Shown here piece after piece: positions 49,088-58,832 of a stretch of DNA of 64,000 nucleotides (position 1 is its first letter; every line of letters begins with the position of its first letter). Source of the stretch: an uncultured Acidobacteriota bacterium (GTDB lineage Bacteria; Acidobacteriota; Thermoanaerobaculia; Multivoradales; JAHEKO01); the NCBI GenBank assembly GCA_963713825.1, contig CAVQNG010000001.1:64001-128000 (forward strand), in the 5' to 3' direction. The position numbers were made by a program, and so were the translations under genes. The notes under the pieces are model-generated. The model did not search any database, was not told the DNA's origin, and saw only the letters and a list, made by a program, of their open reading frames with translations.

Positions 49088-50083
49088 TCAGCCGAGAATC
49101 GATCGAAGTGTCTCGAGGCTGATCTTCGCTCCGCTGAGAACGAGAACGACACGCTTGCCCCGGAAGTGATCGATCTGTTTCAGGAATGCCGCCACCGAGA
49201 GGGCGGCCGCTCCCTCGATGAGCAGGTAGTGCTTCTCGAGAATATGGCAGATCGCCTGCCGGATCTCCTCTTCGCTGACGAGGATGAAGCGATCGACCTT
49301 CTCTTGACAGATGGGGAAGGTGATGGCGTCACGCTCGATTCCGCCGGCCGCGCCGTCTGCCAGTGTCGGTTCGGACGCCAGCTCGAGAAGCCGTCCTGCT
49401 TGGATCGAATGATGCATGACAGCGGAGTTGGTCGGCTGGCAGCCAAGAATCTCGACCTCGGGGCTCGCTGACTTGAGGGCGCCTGCGATACCCGCGATCA
49501 GACCGCCACCCCCAACGGGAACGACCACGGCATCGACAGCTCCCAGTTGGCGCTCGATCTCGAGGCCGACCGTGCCCTGACCGGCGACGATCTGTCGGTC
49601 GTTGTACGGGGACATGTAGAAGCGACCGCTCTGCTCAGCCACCTGGCGAGCCCGATTCTCGGCTTCAACGCCGTCCTCTCCATGCAGCTCGAGAGTGGCC
49701 TCGAGCCGTTCGAGCGCGCCGAGCTTTGCCGCTGAGATGGTGTGGGGAACGTATACCGTTCCGGGCCATCCGAGCTCGCGAAGGAGGTAGGCGACCGCGG
49801 ATCCATGATTTCCGGTCGAGGCCGTGACGATACCGGCTCGAGCCTCCTCCGAGCTCAGAGTCAGCAGCCTATTGGCGGCCCCCCGAAGCTTGAAGGAACC
49901 GGTTGTCTGGAGGTTTTCCAGCTTGAGGTACACCTCGGCGCCCGCGAGTTGGCTCAGCCAGGCTGACGGTTCCAGAGGAGTTTCGCGGATGTATCCTTGA
50001 ATTCGAGCCGCGGCTTCTTGGCTGTCCCGTCGGATCTGCTCGACCGTCAACTCTCCTTGTCCTGTCAACTCACCATTCTCCAA
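49088..50083 (-). CDS. Threonine/serine dehydratase family PLP enzyme
   Basis: KLENLQTTGSFKLRGA, STGNHG, PVGGGGL. Confidence 0.92.
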   Translation of the reverse strand: MENGELTGQGELTVEQIRRDSQEAAARIQGYIRETPLEPSAWLSQLAGAEVYLKLENLQTTGSFKLRGAANRLLTLSSEEARAGIVTASTGNHGSAVAYLLRELGWPGTVYVPHTISAAKLGALERLEATLELHGEDGVEAENRARQVAEQSGRFYMSPYNDRQIVAGQGTVGLEIERQLGAVDAVVVPVGGGGLIAGIAGALKSASPEVEILGCQPTNSAVMHHSIQAGRLLELASEPTLADGAAGGIERDAITFPICQEKVDRFILVSEEEIRQAICHILEKHYLLIEGAAALSVAAFLKQIDHFRGKRVVLVLSGAKISLETLRSILG

Positions 50084-50110
50084 ATCTAGATTTCTGATAC
50101 CGAGTGAGAT

Positions 50111-51424
50111 TCAGTCCTGACCGGCAAATTCAGCTCGGGTTGCTTTGGAAGTGAGCTCGATTCGATGCGGCAGATGACTGCCCTGGATCCAGACGGTGTG
50201 TTGGCGATCGAGACTCTTGCGCAGCTCCGTAACTGCTTGTTCAATGCGATTGAAGGAGGAGATGTCGATGGCCTTGCCCCAGGCCGTGTCGACCCGCACC
50301 GGGCGCCTGCCCTCCGACACCGTGACAGCCGAGGGCCGACCGGTCCACCAGATCCACAGAGGTACCCTGAGATCGCGCAAGAACTGACGAACCTCTTCGA
50401 CCTGATAGGCGCTGGTGTCGGTGGCATCGTGGCCGAGGACGAGAATGACCGCTCTTGGACGGCCACCCGTAGCGGCCTCGATCCCGGCGACGGCCAGGGC
50501 ATCGGTGACTCTCCTGTCGCCGGTCTCCTCCGGGACGCTCACCCTGGTGAGCAGCCACGCCAGATCACCCTGATCCGCGGTGAAGGGCTGCGAGAGGGTG
50601 AACAGTTTCGAGCCATTGTCTTCGGCAGGAGACTTCTTCGCATGAGGAAACAAGAATAGGACCTCTTCACCCTTGCGCAGCGGGGTCCTGCCAGCGCTGG
50701 CTCCTCCGGTGACGGTTGCGAGCTCTCGTAAGGAATCCTTGGCAGTTTCATCGATGACCATGACGATGCGGGCGGGGGAGCGCTCGACACCGACCACATC
50801 CATCGCGCTACCGTCCTTCTCGAACCAGCCCTCCAGGTCTTGAATCGACGATTGCGATCCGCGAGACAGTTCGAGTACCAGGCCTGTGAGGTCGATTTCG
50901 GCGCCAAACCCCAGTCGAGTTCCGAAGCTCAACTCTGCTGCGTAGTGCGCTCCGTCTGGAAACTTGAGATCCGCTTCGAGTACATGGAGCTCCTCTGGGT
51001 TGTAGTCGGGCAGGCGAATGGTCCCGATGCCGTCGTAGGGCACGTCACGGCCATCGAACCGAAGTCGGATCGAGTCGGCCTGATCGAACTCGATGTGCCG
51101 CCACAGCAATTGCGCGGTATCGGGGCGCTTCGGATCCTCACCCTCGAGCAGAAAGGCGACTTCTGCTCGGGATCGCGGTAGGTTGATCCATTGAACAGCT
51201 CTATCCTGGACCTCGCCACGGTCATTGACGAACAGGGCCTCCAACTTGTGAGGCTCGAGCTGCGGTCCAAGATTGCACTCGAAAGACCAGGGTGGCGCCG
51301 ATTTGCGAGCGATTTCCACCCCGTCCAGTTGGAGAACGACTGCAGTTGGGTTCCCTTCGACGATGAGATCGACCTGCTTCGGCCCGAGTACCAAGCCGAG
51401 AAACAGCGTCGCGAAAGCGATCAT
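50111..51424 (-). CDS. Hypothetical exported protein (Ig-like plus degenerate VWA-like)
   Basis: Long ORF; FATLFLGL N-terminus, DALAVAG...RPRAVILVL. Confidence 0.7.
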   Translation of the reverse strand: MIAFATLFLGLVLGPKQVDLIVEGNPTAVVLQLDGVEIARKSAPPWSFECNLGPQLEPHKLEALFVNDRGEVQDRAVQWINLPRSRAEVAFLLEGEDPKRPDTAQLLWRHIEFDQADSIRLRFDGRDVPYDGIGTIRLPDYNPEELHVLEADLKFPDGAHYAAELSFGTRLGFGAEIDLTGLVLELSRGSQSSIQDLEGWFEKDGSAMDVVGVERSPARIVMVIDETAKDSLRELATVTGGASAGRTPLRKGEEVLFLFPHAKKSPAEDNGSKLFTLSQPFTADQGDLAWLLTRVSVPEETGDRRVTDALAVAGIEAATGGRPRAVILVLGHDATDTSAYQVEEVRQFLRDLRVPLWIWWTGRPSAVTVSEGRRPVRVDTAWGKAIDISSFNRIEQAVTELRKSLDRQHTVWIQGSHLPHRIELTSKATRAEFAGQD

Positions 51425-51467
51425 GGCGGCCTATCTGTGAGACCAGAAGAGGGACACCGCCACGACT

Positions 51468-51563
51468 TCAGCCTCTCTTGATGCGGCTGCCAATGGCGAT
51501 GATGGCGGCGAAGAAGACACCGATGACCAGAATCAGGATGATCTCTTGGAATCCTACCGGCAA
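51468..51563 (-). CDS. 31-aa single-pass membrane peptide, TatA-N-terminus-like
   Basis: Strong RBS GAGGAGG, TTG start; MPVGFQEIILILVIGVFFAAIIAIGSRIKRG. Confidence 0.6.
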   Translation of the reverse strand: MPVGFQEIILILVIGVFFAAIIAIGSRIKRG

Positions 51564-51596
51564 GTCTGACCTCCTCGTGAGCTCCCGACGGGCGAG

Positions 51597-51866
51597 TCAG
51601 AGGCGGATGAGAATTCGTTTGTACCAGGGGACGCCCATCTCCTTGAGCTCCTGCCGCCGATCGTGGAGCAGTCGCTTGTCCTCCTGCCGAGCCAGCTTCT
51701 GCAGGAAGGCGCTACCTTCAGACTGGTGACAGTCTTTGTACTTCTTGTTGCTACCGCAGGGACAGGGCTCGTTGCGTCCTATCTTGGCGACGTGGCGCGG
51801 GGCCGGCACGTTCGAAAAACCGGGCCACACCACTTTTGAATGGTGCTTGATTCCTCGCCTGGACAT
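51597..51866 (-). CDS. SEC-C metal-binding domain protein
   Basis: [20 protein letters not shown]. Confidence 0.9.
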   Translation of the reverse strand: MSRRGIKHHSKVVWPGFSNVPAPRHVAKIGRNEPCPCGSNKKYKDCHQSEGSAFLQKLARQEDKRLLHDRRQELKEMGVPWYKRILIRL

Positions 51867-52010
51867 AACGAGCTCCTCTTCTGGCTGGCGGCGAACGTCA
51901 GATTCACCGCGCTGGATCCCGTCAATGCTAACGCATTGCCGGTCCCTGCCGGCTCCGACTGGGGGAAATTCGAGGTAGGACCCCGGATTCCGGACCCGAG
52001 ATGGCTGGGG

Positions 52011-52436
52011 TCAGTCCGACTCGATGCTCAATCTGCGAGCGTAGTCGAGCAGCATCTGTTGCAGAACGGTGGGAGCTTGACTGTCGGGGTCTTCGATCCA
52101 ACGCGACGCAACGCGTACGTTGGCAGCGTAGGGTGCACGATACTCGAACAGGTCGATACGGCCGTGAGGAAGCCCGTTCGGGCTGACGAAGAGAGGCAAG
52201 CCGAAGCGGTCGGGGCTCTCGGAGATCCAGAGGCGTCCAGCAGCCTCTTCGGTCGAGTCCTCGCACACGAGGCCTGATTCGAGCAGAGCTTCCTTCATCG
52301 ATTCGTCCTCCGTCATCGATTCGACCTCACCAACTGCAGGGCAGAGTAGCTGGGAATCACCGGTCGAGTCAGTGATCGTGGGCGCCAGATTGGATGCAGG
52401 ATGCGCCAGGCGAGTAGGAGTCTTGGATTCCGTCAT
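52011..52436 (-). CDS. Hypothetical protein
   Basis: ORF co-oriented with neighbours; start uncertain. Confidence 0.5.
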   Translation of the reverse strand: MTESKTPTRLAHPASNLAPTITDSTGDSQLLCPAVGEVESMTEDESMKEALLESGLVCEDSTEEAAGRLWISESPDRFGLPLFVSPNGLPHGRIDLFEYRAPYAANVRVASRWIEDPDSQAPTVLQQMLLDYARRLSIESD

Positions 52437-52487
52437 CGTTTGGGACCCTCAGGATATCACCTGGCCAGCAAGTCGTCTCTGCGAGGG

Positions 52488-53729
52488 TCACTCGTTGGGC
52501 ATCGCAATGAAACTCCCGTCGTCGACTCGACCATCCCGGACCTCGTAGATGGTGACACCCGACTCGAAGGTAAGACCAGCCGCCTCGACGTCGCTGCGGA
52601 CAGAGGCGGCGTTGTGAAAACGGGTCTGAACGCCCTCGATCTCGTAGGACAGCGTTTCCCGCATGTGATCGTGGCCAGCCAGAGCCAGTGTCAGATCACG
52701 CTGCCTGAGGATCTCCAAGGTCTCTCCAGTGTTCGAGACCGTGTGCCGGAATGACGTGACACCATCCACTTCGATCAATGTCGGAGCCGGCGGCTCGTCG
52801 GTGTATCCATGCAGGATGTCGCCCGCCGTGACGAACGGTATGTGTTGGAAGAGCACGACAGGAGTGTCCTCGGAGATCGCCGCAAGGTCCTGTCGCAGCC
52901 ATTCGAGCTGTGTCGCGTCGACGTGCCCGTAGTACCAGAGATCGTCGAAATCGACGCTGTCCAGGCCGACGAAGTGGATGCCGCCGGCGTTGAAGGAGTA
53001 GTAGGTGGGGCCGAGGAAGTGGCGATACATCGCCTTGCCGTACAGCGGGTGCTCTGGGCTGACGAGCGATCGATGTCGCTCGATCCCGAATATCTCGTGA
53101 TTCCCGGCAACCGTCAGTACGGGAGCGGTGAAGGCAGCGATCTCCTGAAGGAAGAGCTCGTAGTAGCCTGTCGCCTCGGCTTCGTCGACTCGCAGCGCGT
53201 CGTGGATCAGGTCACCGGTGATCAATACGAACTCGGGTCGCTGTTCCTCGACGATAGCGCGCAGCTGTCGGATCCGTGGCAGGGTCTCTTCGCTCAGGTG
53301 GACATCGGAGGCGTGAACGAACCGAAAGGTGGTTCCCCTGTCGGATTTCACGAGTGGAAAGTCTGCTGTAGTGCTCTGGACGTCTCCACCAACGCTGTGC
53401 CAAAACGTTGCAACCGACTCGTACTCGTCGGGAGCAGTCACGAAGACGATGCCATCGCCGGGATCTGGGAGCTCGTACCGCCCTCCAGGTCCCGTTGTCA
53501 CGACAGCCTTCTGGTTGGAGACGGCCACTCCGGCCAGGCCGTTCTCATTCGTGTCAAGGGTGCCATTCTCGTTCGCGTCGAAGTAGACGACTCCGGTGAC
53601 CGTCGAAGGCAGCTCCTCGGCAACCAAGAGGGAGGAGGAGAGGCCTAGCAGAAGGCTCAGGCCGACGAGAAGGTGCGCTTCACTCCACCGTCCGGATAAT
53701 GGCTTCTGTGAAGTCCCGGGTCGATACAT
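52488..53729 (-). CDS. Exported calcineurin-like metallophosphoesterase (start uncertain, possible 5' frameshift)
   Basis: SDVH, TGDL, GNHE, HIP, GHDH; N-terminal [11 protein letters not shown] domain. Confidence 0.85.
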   Translation of the reverse strand: MYRPGTSQKPLSGRWSEAHLLVGLSLLLGLSSSLLVAEELPSTVTGVVYFDANENGTLDTNENGLAGVAVSNQKAVVTTGPGGRYELPDPGDGIVFVTAPDEYESVATFWHSVGGDVQSTTADFPLVKSDRGTTFRFVHASDVHLSEETLPRIRQLRAIVEEQRPEFVLITGDLIHDALRVDEAEATGYYELFLQEIAAFTAPVLTVAGNHEIFGIERHRSLVSPEHPLYGKAMYRHFLGPTYYSFNAGGIHFVGLDSVDFDDLWYYGHVDATQLEWLRQDLAAISEDTPVVLFQHIPFVTAGDILHGYTDEPPAPTLIEVDGVTSFRHTVSNTGETLEILRQRDLTLALAGHDHMRETLSYEIEGVQTRFHNAASVRSDVEAAGLTFESGVTIYEVRDGRVDDGSFIAMPNE

Positions 53730-53945
53730 GGTTCTCACCCTCACGACAGAGGTCAGCGGTCCTGAGTCCAGCCGAAAGTGTACCTTCTACGGCCTGTTCG
53801 ATGGCAGTCGCCTCAGCCTCGAGGTCGAGACTGTGACGCATGAGCATTGCCGCGCTCAAGATGGCACCGATTGGATTGGCCGTGCCGTTGCCCGCGACAT
53901 CGGGCGCCGAGCCGTGCACCGGCTCGAAGAGGCCATTCTGGTTTC
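53680..53945 (-). pseudogene. leuB: 3-isopropylmalate dehydrogenase C-terminal fragment
   Basis: [15 protein letters not shown]...[18 protein letters not shown]...RTADL; the N-terminal ~three quarters is missing. Confidence 0.85.
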
Positions 53946-53954
53946 CCCCCTGTC

Positions 53955-54630
53955 TCATGCCGAAACGGACTGGAGCTGCGGCACCGGCTTCATCCATCCG
54001 TGACGGTCTTCGATCGCACCGCTGGTGATGCCGAAGAACTCCTCCTGCAGTCGCTGTGTAACGGGCCCTCGCACTGCATCACCGACCGGAATCCGATCGA
54101 CAGATCGCACCGGGGTGATCTCCGCTGCCGTGCCGGTCATGAAGAGCTCGTCACAGAGATAGAGCATGTCGCGGGTTACGATCTCCTCCCGCACGTCGAG
54201 TCCGAGGTCTGCAGCCAAACGGATGGTGGTGTTGCGTGTTATGCCGGCGAGGATCGAAGAGCCGAGGGGGGGAGTGATGATCGCGCCGTCGATGACCAGG
54301 AACAGATTCTCGCCTGCCCCCTCACTGACCACGCCGTTGTGATCCAACATGATTCCTTCCTGGAAACCGTTGCTCTGGGCTTCGACGGAGACCAGTTGGT
54401 TGCTGATGTACTGCCCCCCGATCTTGCCGCGCGGCATCGCTGAGCCTGGCGGTAGCCGTCGCCAGGAGCTGACCCCAGCGTCGATTCCCTTCTCGATAGC
54501 TTCGGCACCCAGGTATCGCCCCCACTCGAAAGACAAGATGGTCACGACGACATCACACTGCAGGGGATTCAGACCCATGGCCCCAACGTTCCTGAAGGCC
54601 AGAGGCCGTATGTAGCAGGAGGCTAAGCAA
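53955..54630 (-). pseudogene. ilvE: Branched-chain aminotransferase, 5'-truncated
   Basis: YIRP, KIGGQY, EGAGENLF, LAGITR, GTAAEITP; the first ~85 residues are absent. Confidence 0.85.
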
Positions 54631-54792
54631 AGCGAGAAGCGTCGCGGGCACACTGACTAGGGACCTCGAGGCGAAGGTTGGCAGGACAGCGGCGTAGGCA
54701 GCCTTTCGGCTGGTCTTCAGCATGTTGGGCGGACTGCACGCAAGGTGAGCGATCGAAGTCAAGCGTCAGTCGGCCAGACGTGACTCGGCCCC

Positions 54793-54820
54793 AAGAGGCG
54801 ACCCGGGAGGATCGCCTCTT
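54793..54820. other. Inverted repeat AAGAGGCGA-N10-TCGCCTCTT
   Basis: 9-bp stem upstream of the ilvE remnant. Confidence 0.4.
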
Positions 54821-55181
54821 CGAGCTGATGCTGAAACTCTAGGCTAGAGGGTCTTCGACCTCACACTCCTATTTGGACCTGGATTTCATCCTGGGGGACT
54901 TCTCTACCGGAGCAGCGCCGAAGAGATTCAAGCACTTCCCTGCAGAGGACCAACCTGAATAAGTGGGAAGTGATCCAGTTTCATGGCAAGGCAACGCTCA
55001 TCCTTCGGGTCGATCCGAGCTCGAGGGATCTCGACCATGAGGCAGCTCTTGGAGAACTGGTGGGTGTCTGGCGGCGACCTTGGGTTCGTGATCCCCTTGG
55101 AGGCCCCGTGAACACAACACAACCCCAGGCGGCAGATAGTTGCTGCTGCCACCTGGGGCCGGAAGAAACGGTGAACTAGCG

Positions 55182-55214
55182 TTGTTGATCGTCACCCACG
55201 ATGACGATCAACAA
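55182..55214 (-). terminator. 13-bp inverted repeat after the secreted hypothetical gene
   Basis: TTGTTGATCGTCA-N7-TGACGATCAACAA; terminator or operator. Confidence 0.5.
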
Positions 55215-55222
55215 GAGACTCA

Positions 55223-55768
55223 CTATTTGACCTTGGTCTTGAACCCGGTCGGTGCATTCGCTGGTCTGGCTACCCAGAAGTCAAAGCAGGTCGTGGTCAT
55301 CTGAATCATCGTCCAGCTGTCGTTCAGTCTGCCAAACTGCGTATACCGGTTGAAGGAGGTCATGCTGCAGGAGGCGTTGCCAAAGGGCTCGCCGATAAAG
55401 GTCCAAGAGGCTGTCCCCTGCGTTTCGCAGGTACCGTGGAAATCAGTTCTCGAGACCGGAAAGCCGCCGGGGAACCAGTTTCGGATGTTGCCTGCGTAGA
55501 TGCTGTCTCCAACGAAGTCTGCGAATCCTGTGGGCGGATCAGGGATCAGTGCATCGACAGGGGCGCCAAACCACTTTCCACTCGTGCCGCTGAGGAGGGC
55601 ATTGGCCTTGCCATTCTTGATGAAGTCAAAACAGTCGATCAGGTTTCCACCGAGGTCATACACCGTGTAAGACCTGGGGCCAGGTTGGACGGCGTTTGCC
55701 GGTGCCGCGGCCATGACGCCGACCAGGACGATCAGCAGGGAAACGACTACACTCGCTCTCATGCTCAT
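55223..55768 (-). CDS. Secreted hypothetical protein (4 Cys)
   Basis: RBS AAGGAG; signal peptide ending ANA. Confidence 0.7.
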   Translation of the reverse strand: MSMRASVVVSLLIVLVGVMAAAPANAVQPGPRSYTVYDLGGNLIDCFDFIKNGKANALLSGTSGKWFGAPVDALIPDPPTGFADFVGDSIYAGNIRNWFPGGFPVSRTDFHGTCETQGTASWTFIGEPFGNASCSMTSFNRYTQFGRLNDSWTMIQMTTTCFDFWVARPANAPTGFKTKVK

Positions 55769-56051
55769 AAGCGTCTCCTTTTTAGAAGTGGCTGTAAATC
55801 TTCAACCCAAAAATACTGCTTCCCTCACTTCCCTGTCAAGGGGTTCGGCAGCGAATTCTTGGTGGCTATGGATTGCCTGGGTTGCATGGAAGATCGCCCC
55901 GAACTGCATCTTGCCGCCGGTCTCGCGACTACCGGCGGCACATCAATGCCAGTGGGCAGCGCCGGAGTTGCCAAAGTGCCAAAGTCGGACTAACCTAGGC
56001 GATCGGCAGATTCCACTGATATCTGCTCCGAGGAGACGAGGACTCGTTGGC

Positions 56052-56936
56052 ATGCTGAGATTCAGAGCTTTGGGATTGCTGTTGAGCGGCGTCCTGTTCG
56101 CGATTGCACCAGTCCCGGGATTTGCCCAGACGCGTGGCTTGGAAAGCGATGCGAAAGCACTTCGCATTCGGCAGGAGATCACCGACTCGAGAATCTCACC
56201 GCCGACCACAGAGGTGATGATCACGACTCTGGGGAGAGGTGCTTTTCGAGTCGATACCGAGCTCGACGCCGAGGGTGGGCCCGCGGTTAGCTCCATCTTC
56301 CGAGTGGATAAAGATAGCTTTCTCATTCTCTTCCACGACACCCAAGAGGCCGCGATTCAAGACAGGGAGCTGCTCAGAGTCGTTGCCGAGCGGCGACAGG
56401 CTCTCGAGGAGCGACTCGAGGAGCGTCTGGCTGAGGATCCCACCGGCGAGGCTGCCGCACACGCCAGGATGCTCGAACTGCGGAAGGAAACAGCGCGGCT
56501 CGAAGCCGAGCAGAACCATGAGGGCAAAAAAGTCGGCAGGCGATTCGAGAAGACCTCGGAAAGCGGTGAGCTCCTGGGATACCCGTGGAACAAGTATCGA
56601 CAAGTCCGGGACGGTTTGCTGGTGCAGGAGCTCTTGGTCACGCCGTGGGCGGACCTCGGCATTGGAGATGAAGTAGTGCTGGTTTTCGAGAGGTTGTCCC
56701 GTTTCGCCGAGGATTCCTTGGAGATTGCCGGCGGAGCCAGTCGAATGGAGAACCCCTACGAGCCGTACTTGGAGCTCGGAGGTTTTCCCCTCGTCATTCG
56801 CTATTTCAACCCTCAAGGCGAGTCGATTGCGGAGACTCGGGCGGTCTCTATCGAAACTGTTATGGGGAACGGCATCTTCGAGAACCCCGGATATCCCGAG
56901 AAGGGAATGGCCGAAGACCTGACCGAGCTCGAGTGA
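56052..56936 (+). CDS. Exported hypothetical protein (DUF4412-like)
   Basis: Signal peptide; ...LGYPWNKY...ELLVTPW...GGFPL...FENPGY. Confidence 0.6.
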   Translation: MLRFRALGLLLSGVLFAIAPVPGFAQTRGLESDAKALRIRQEITDSRISPPTTEVMITTLGRGAFRVDTELDAEGGPAVSSIFRVDKDSFLILFHDTQEAAIQDRELLRVVAERRQALEERLEERLAEDPTGEAAAHARMLELRKETARLEAEQNHEGKKVGRRFEKTSESGELLGYPWNKYRQVRDGLLVQELLVTPWADLGIGDEVVLVFERLSRFAEDSLEIAGGASRMENPYEPYLELGGFPLVIRYFNPQGESIAETRAVSIETVMGNGIFENPGYPEKGMAEDLTELE

Positions 56937-57017
56937 AGTCGGCCGCCGGCAATCGTTCTTTGAAGTCCAACCCTGTCGGATGCGTGTAGAGTCTTAACAG
57001 TCAGGAGTGTCGTCACC

Positions 57018-58247
57018 ATGAAGCTTGAAAGTCTTGTTGCCTTTGCCCTGGCCATCGGGATTTGCCTGCACGGAACGTCAGAGGCTCAAGTAGGACTATG
57101 TGATCATTTCTGGTGTGATGGGGTGGACTATGCAGTGGGCAGCTTTCCCTCCGGTGTCGCGGCAGCGGACTTCGATGGCGACCGTCGCGTCGATCTCGCT
57201 GTGACCAGCGAGTCGCCCGACAAGGTCGGCGTGCTTCGCAATGTCGGCAACGGAAGATTCGCCGCACCTGTGAACGTTTCACTGGCCGGTGGCAGCGGTC
57301 CGCACTCCGTTGCGGCAGCCGATTTCGACGACGACGGCGACGTCGATCTCGTGGTCACTCGTCACAACGAGAACGATGTGCAGTTGCTGATCAACACCGC
57401 CGGGGCCTTTTCCTTGGGTGCGATCACCAGTGTCGGTGGGACCGATCCGAGGCAGGTCGTGACGGGAGACCTCGATGGCAACGGCTTCATGGATGTCGTC
57501 ACGGTGAATCGAGGTTCGGACAGCATCTCGGTGCTGCTCAACTCGGGCGGTGTGCTAGTAGCGGCGGTGACCTATCCTGTCGGCGCCGACCCCAGGAGTC
57601 TGGCGATCGGCTATTTGGACAACGACGCCGACCTCGATCTGGCAGTCGCCAGTCATAGTGACCGAGAGGTCGAGCTGTACCTCAATGCTGGCTCGGGGGC
57701 CTTGGTAGCAGGCTCGAGTCTCTTCGTGGGCGCTAGCCTCCGACCAGAGGGAGTCGCGATCGGCGATCTGGACGCCGATGGCGACAGTGACATCGCCAGC
57801 AGCACCACGGCGTCGGTCGGTGGTTTTGTGAGCGTATTCCTGAATTCGGGCTTTGCAACATTCGGCGCGCCAGTCCACCACGATTCGGATGCAACCGATC
57901 CCTCGGCCATCGTGATTGCGGATTTCGACCTGGCGCTGGGCAACGACATCGCCGTCCTTAACGGAGAATCTCAGAACATATTCACCGGTGATCCCGAGTG
58001 GAAAGTGGCGGTTCTGAGCAATCTCGGTGCGGCAGACTTTGGCAGTCCGCGGCTCCCCGAAGTAGGAGCATCTCCGGCGGCTCTGGTGGCTGCCGACCTC
58101 TTCACAAACGGAGCCCCCGATCTGGTCAGCGCCAACCAAGACGAAGGCACCCTCTCGATCTTGAAGAACAGCAATGTGATCCTGGCGAGTGGTTTCGAGT
58201 GGGGAGACACCTTTCCCTGGTCGGGGACCGTTCCCGAGCTTCCCTAG
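57018..58247 (+). CDS. Secreted FG-GAP/VCBS repeat beta-propeller with GFE(W)GD tail
   Basis: Seven DxDGDxxxDLxV-type repeats; signal peptide. Confidence 0.9.
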   Translation: MKLESLVAFALAIGICLHGTSEAQVGLCDHFWCDGVDYAVGSFPSGVAAADFDGDRRVDLAVTSESPDKVGVLRNVGNGRFAAPVNVSLAGGSGPHSVAAADFDDDGDVDLVVTRHNENDVQLLINTAGAFSLGAITSVGGTDPRQVVTGDLDGNGFMDVVTVNRGSDSISVLLNSGGVLVAAVTYPVGADPRSLAIGYLDNDADLDLAVASHSDREVELYLNAGSGALVAGSSLFVGASLRPEGVAIGDLDADGDSDIASSTTASVGGFVSVFLNSGFATFGAPVHHDSDATDPSAIVIADFDLALGNDIAVLNGESQNIFTGDPEWKVAVLSNLGAADFGSPRLPEVGASPAALVAADLFTNGAPDLVSANQDEGTLSILKNSNVILASGFEWGDTFPWSGTVPELP

Positions 58248-58832
58248 CGGAGGCGGCCGAAAGAGGGTTCGAGCTCCTGCCTGGCCCAATGTTCCTTCGC
58301 TCCCAAAGACGGTAGGACTCCGACTAAGAGGGGCCTTTCACCAGCAGGCCGATGGCCTTCAACTGCTCAGTGTCTTGTTCCAGGGGGCAGGTTGAGCAGC
58401 AAGGCTGCCCCACTATTGGCAGGAGTCGAACGGGCCGACTCAGGTGTGCGATCTCAGTTTCCGATCTGTCCGTGGAGGTCCAGGGCAGAAGAGACCAGGT
58501 CGACATTTTCCACGGCGTTGTCCTTTGCGGCGCGGCCCCCAGGACCCTACTCCCAGATGACATAGGCGAAACTACTTTCGGGCGCTGCGGCCACCCTCAG
58601 AATCCTGGCTATCCCGAGAAATGGCTAGCCGACAAGGTGAGGGTGATCGAGAAGCGGAGCTTGACCTGTTTGCGGTCGGATCTGGAGAAAAAACGAGCGC
58701 CGAACGGCACAGAAAGGAGAAGAAGCCGCCCGGCGCTCATGACCTCTTATCGAGGTACGGACGTAGAGTAGCCGGGTTGCAAGAGCCCGAGAATTGCCTC
58801 TGGCGCCAGGATTCTGGCCCTCCGCGCCAGGA

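Noticed and set aside
54553-54762. Leu-rich attenuator leader peptide for ilvE-leu
   Set aside because: The Leu run lies largely in an alternate frame of the ilvE remnant junction, and no terminator/antiterminator follows it.
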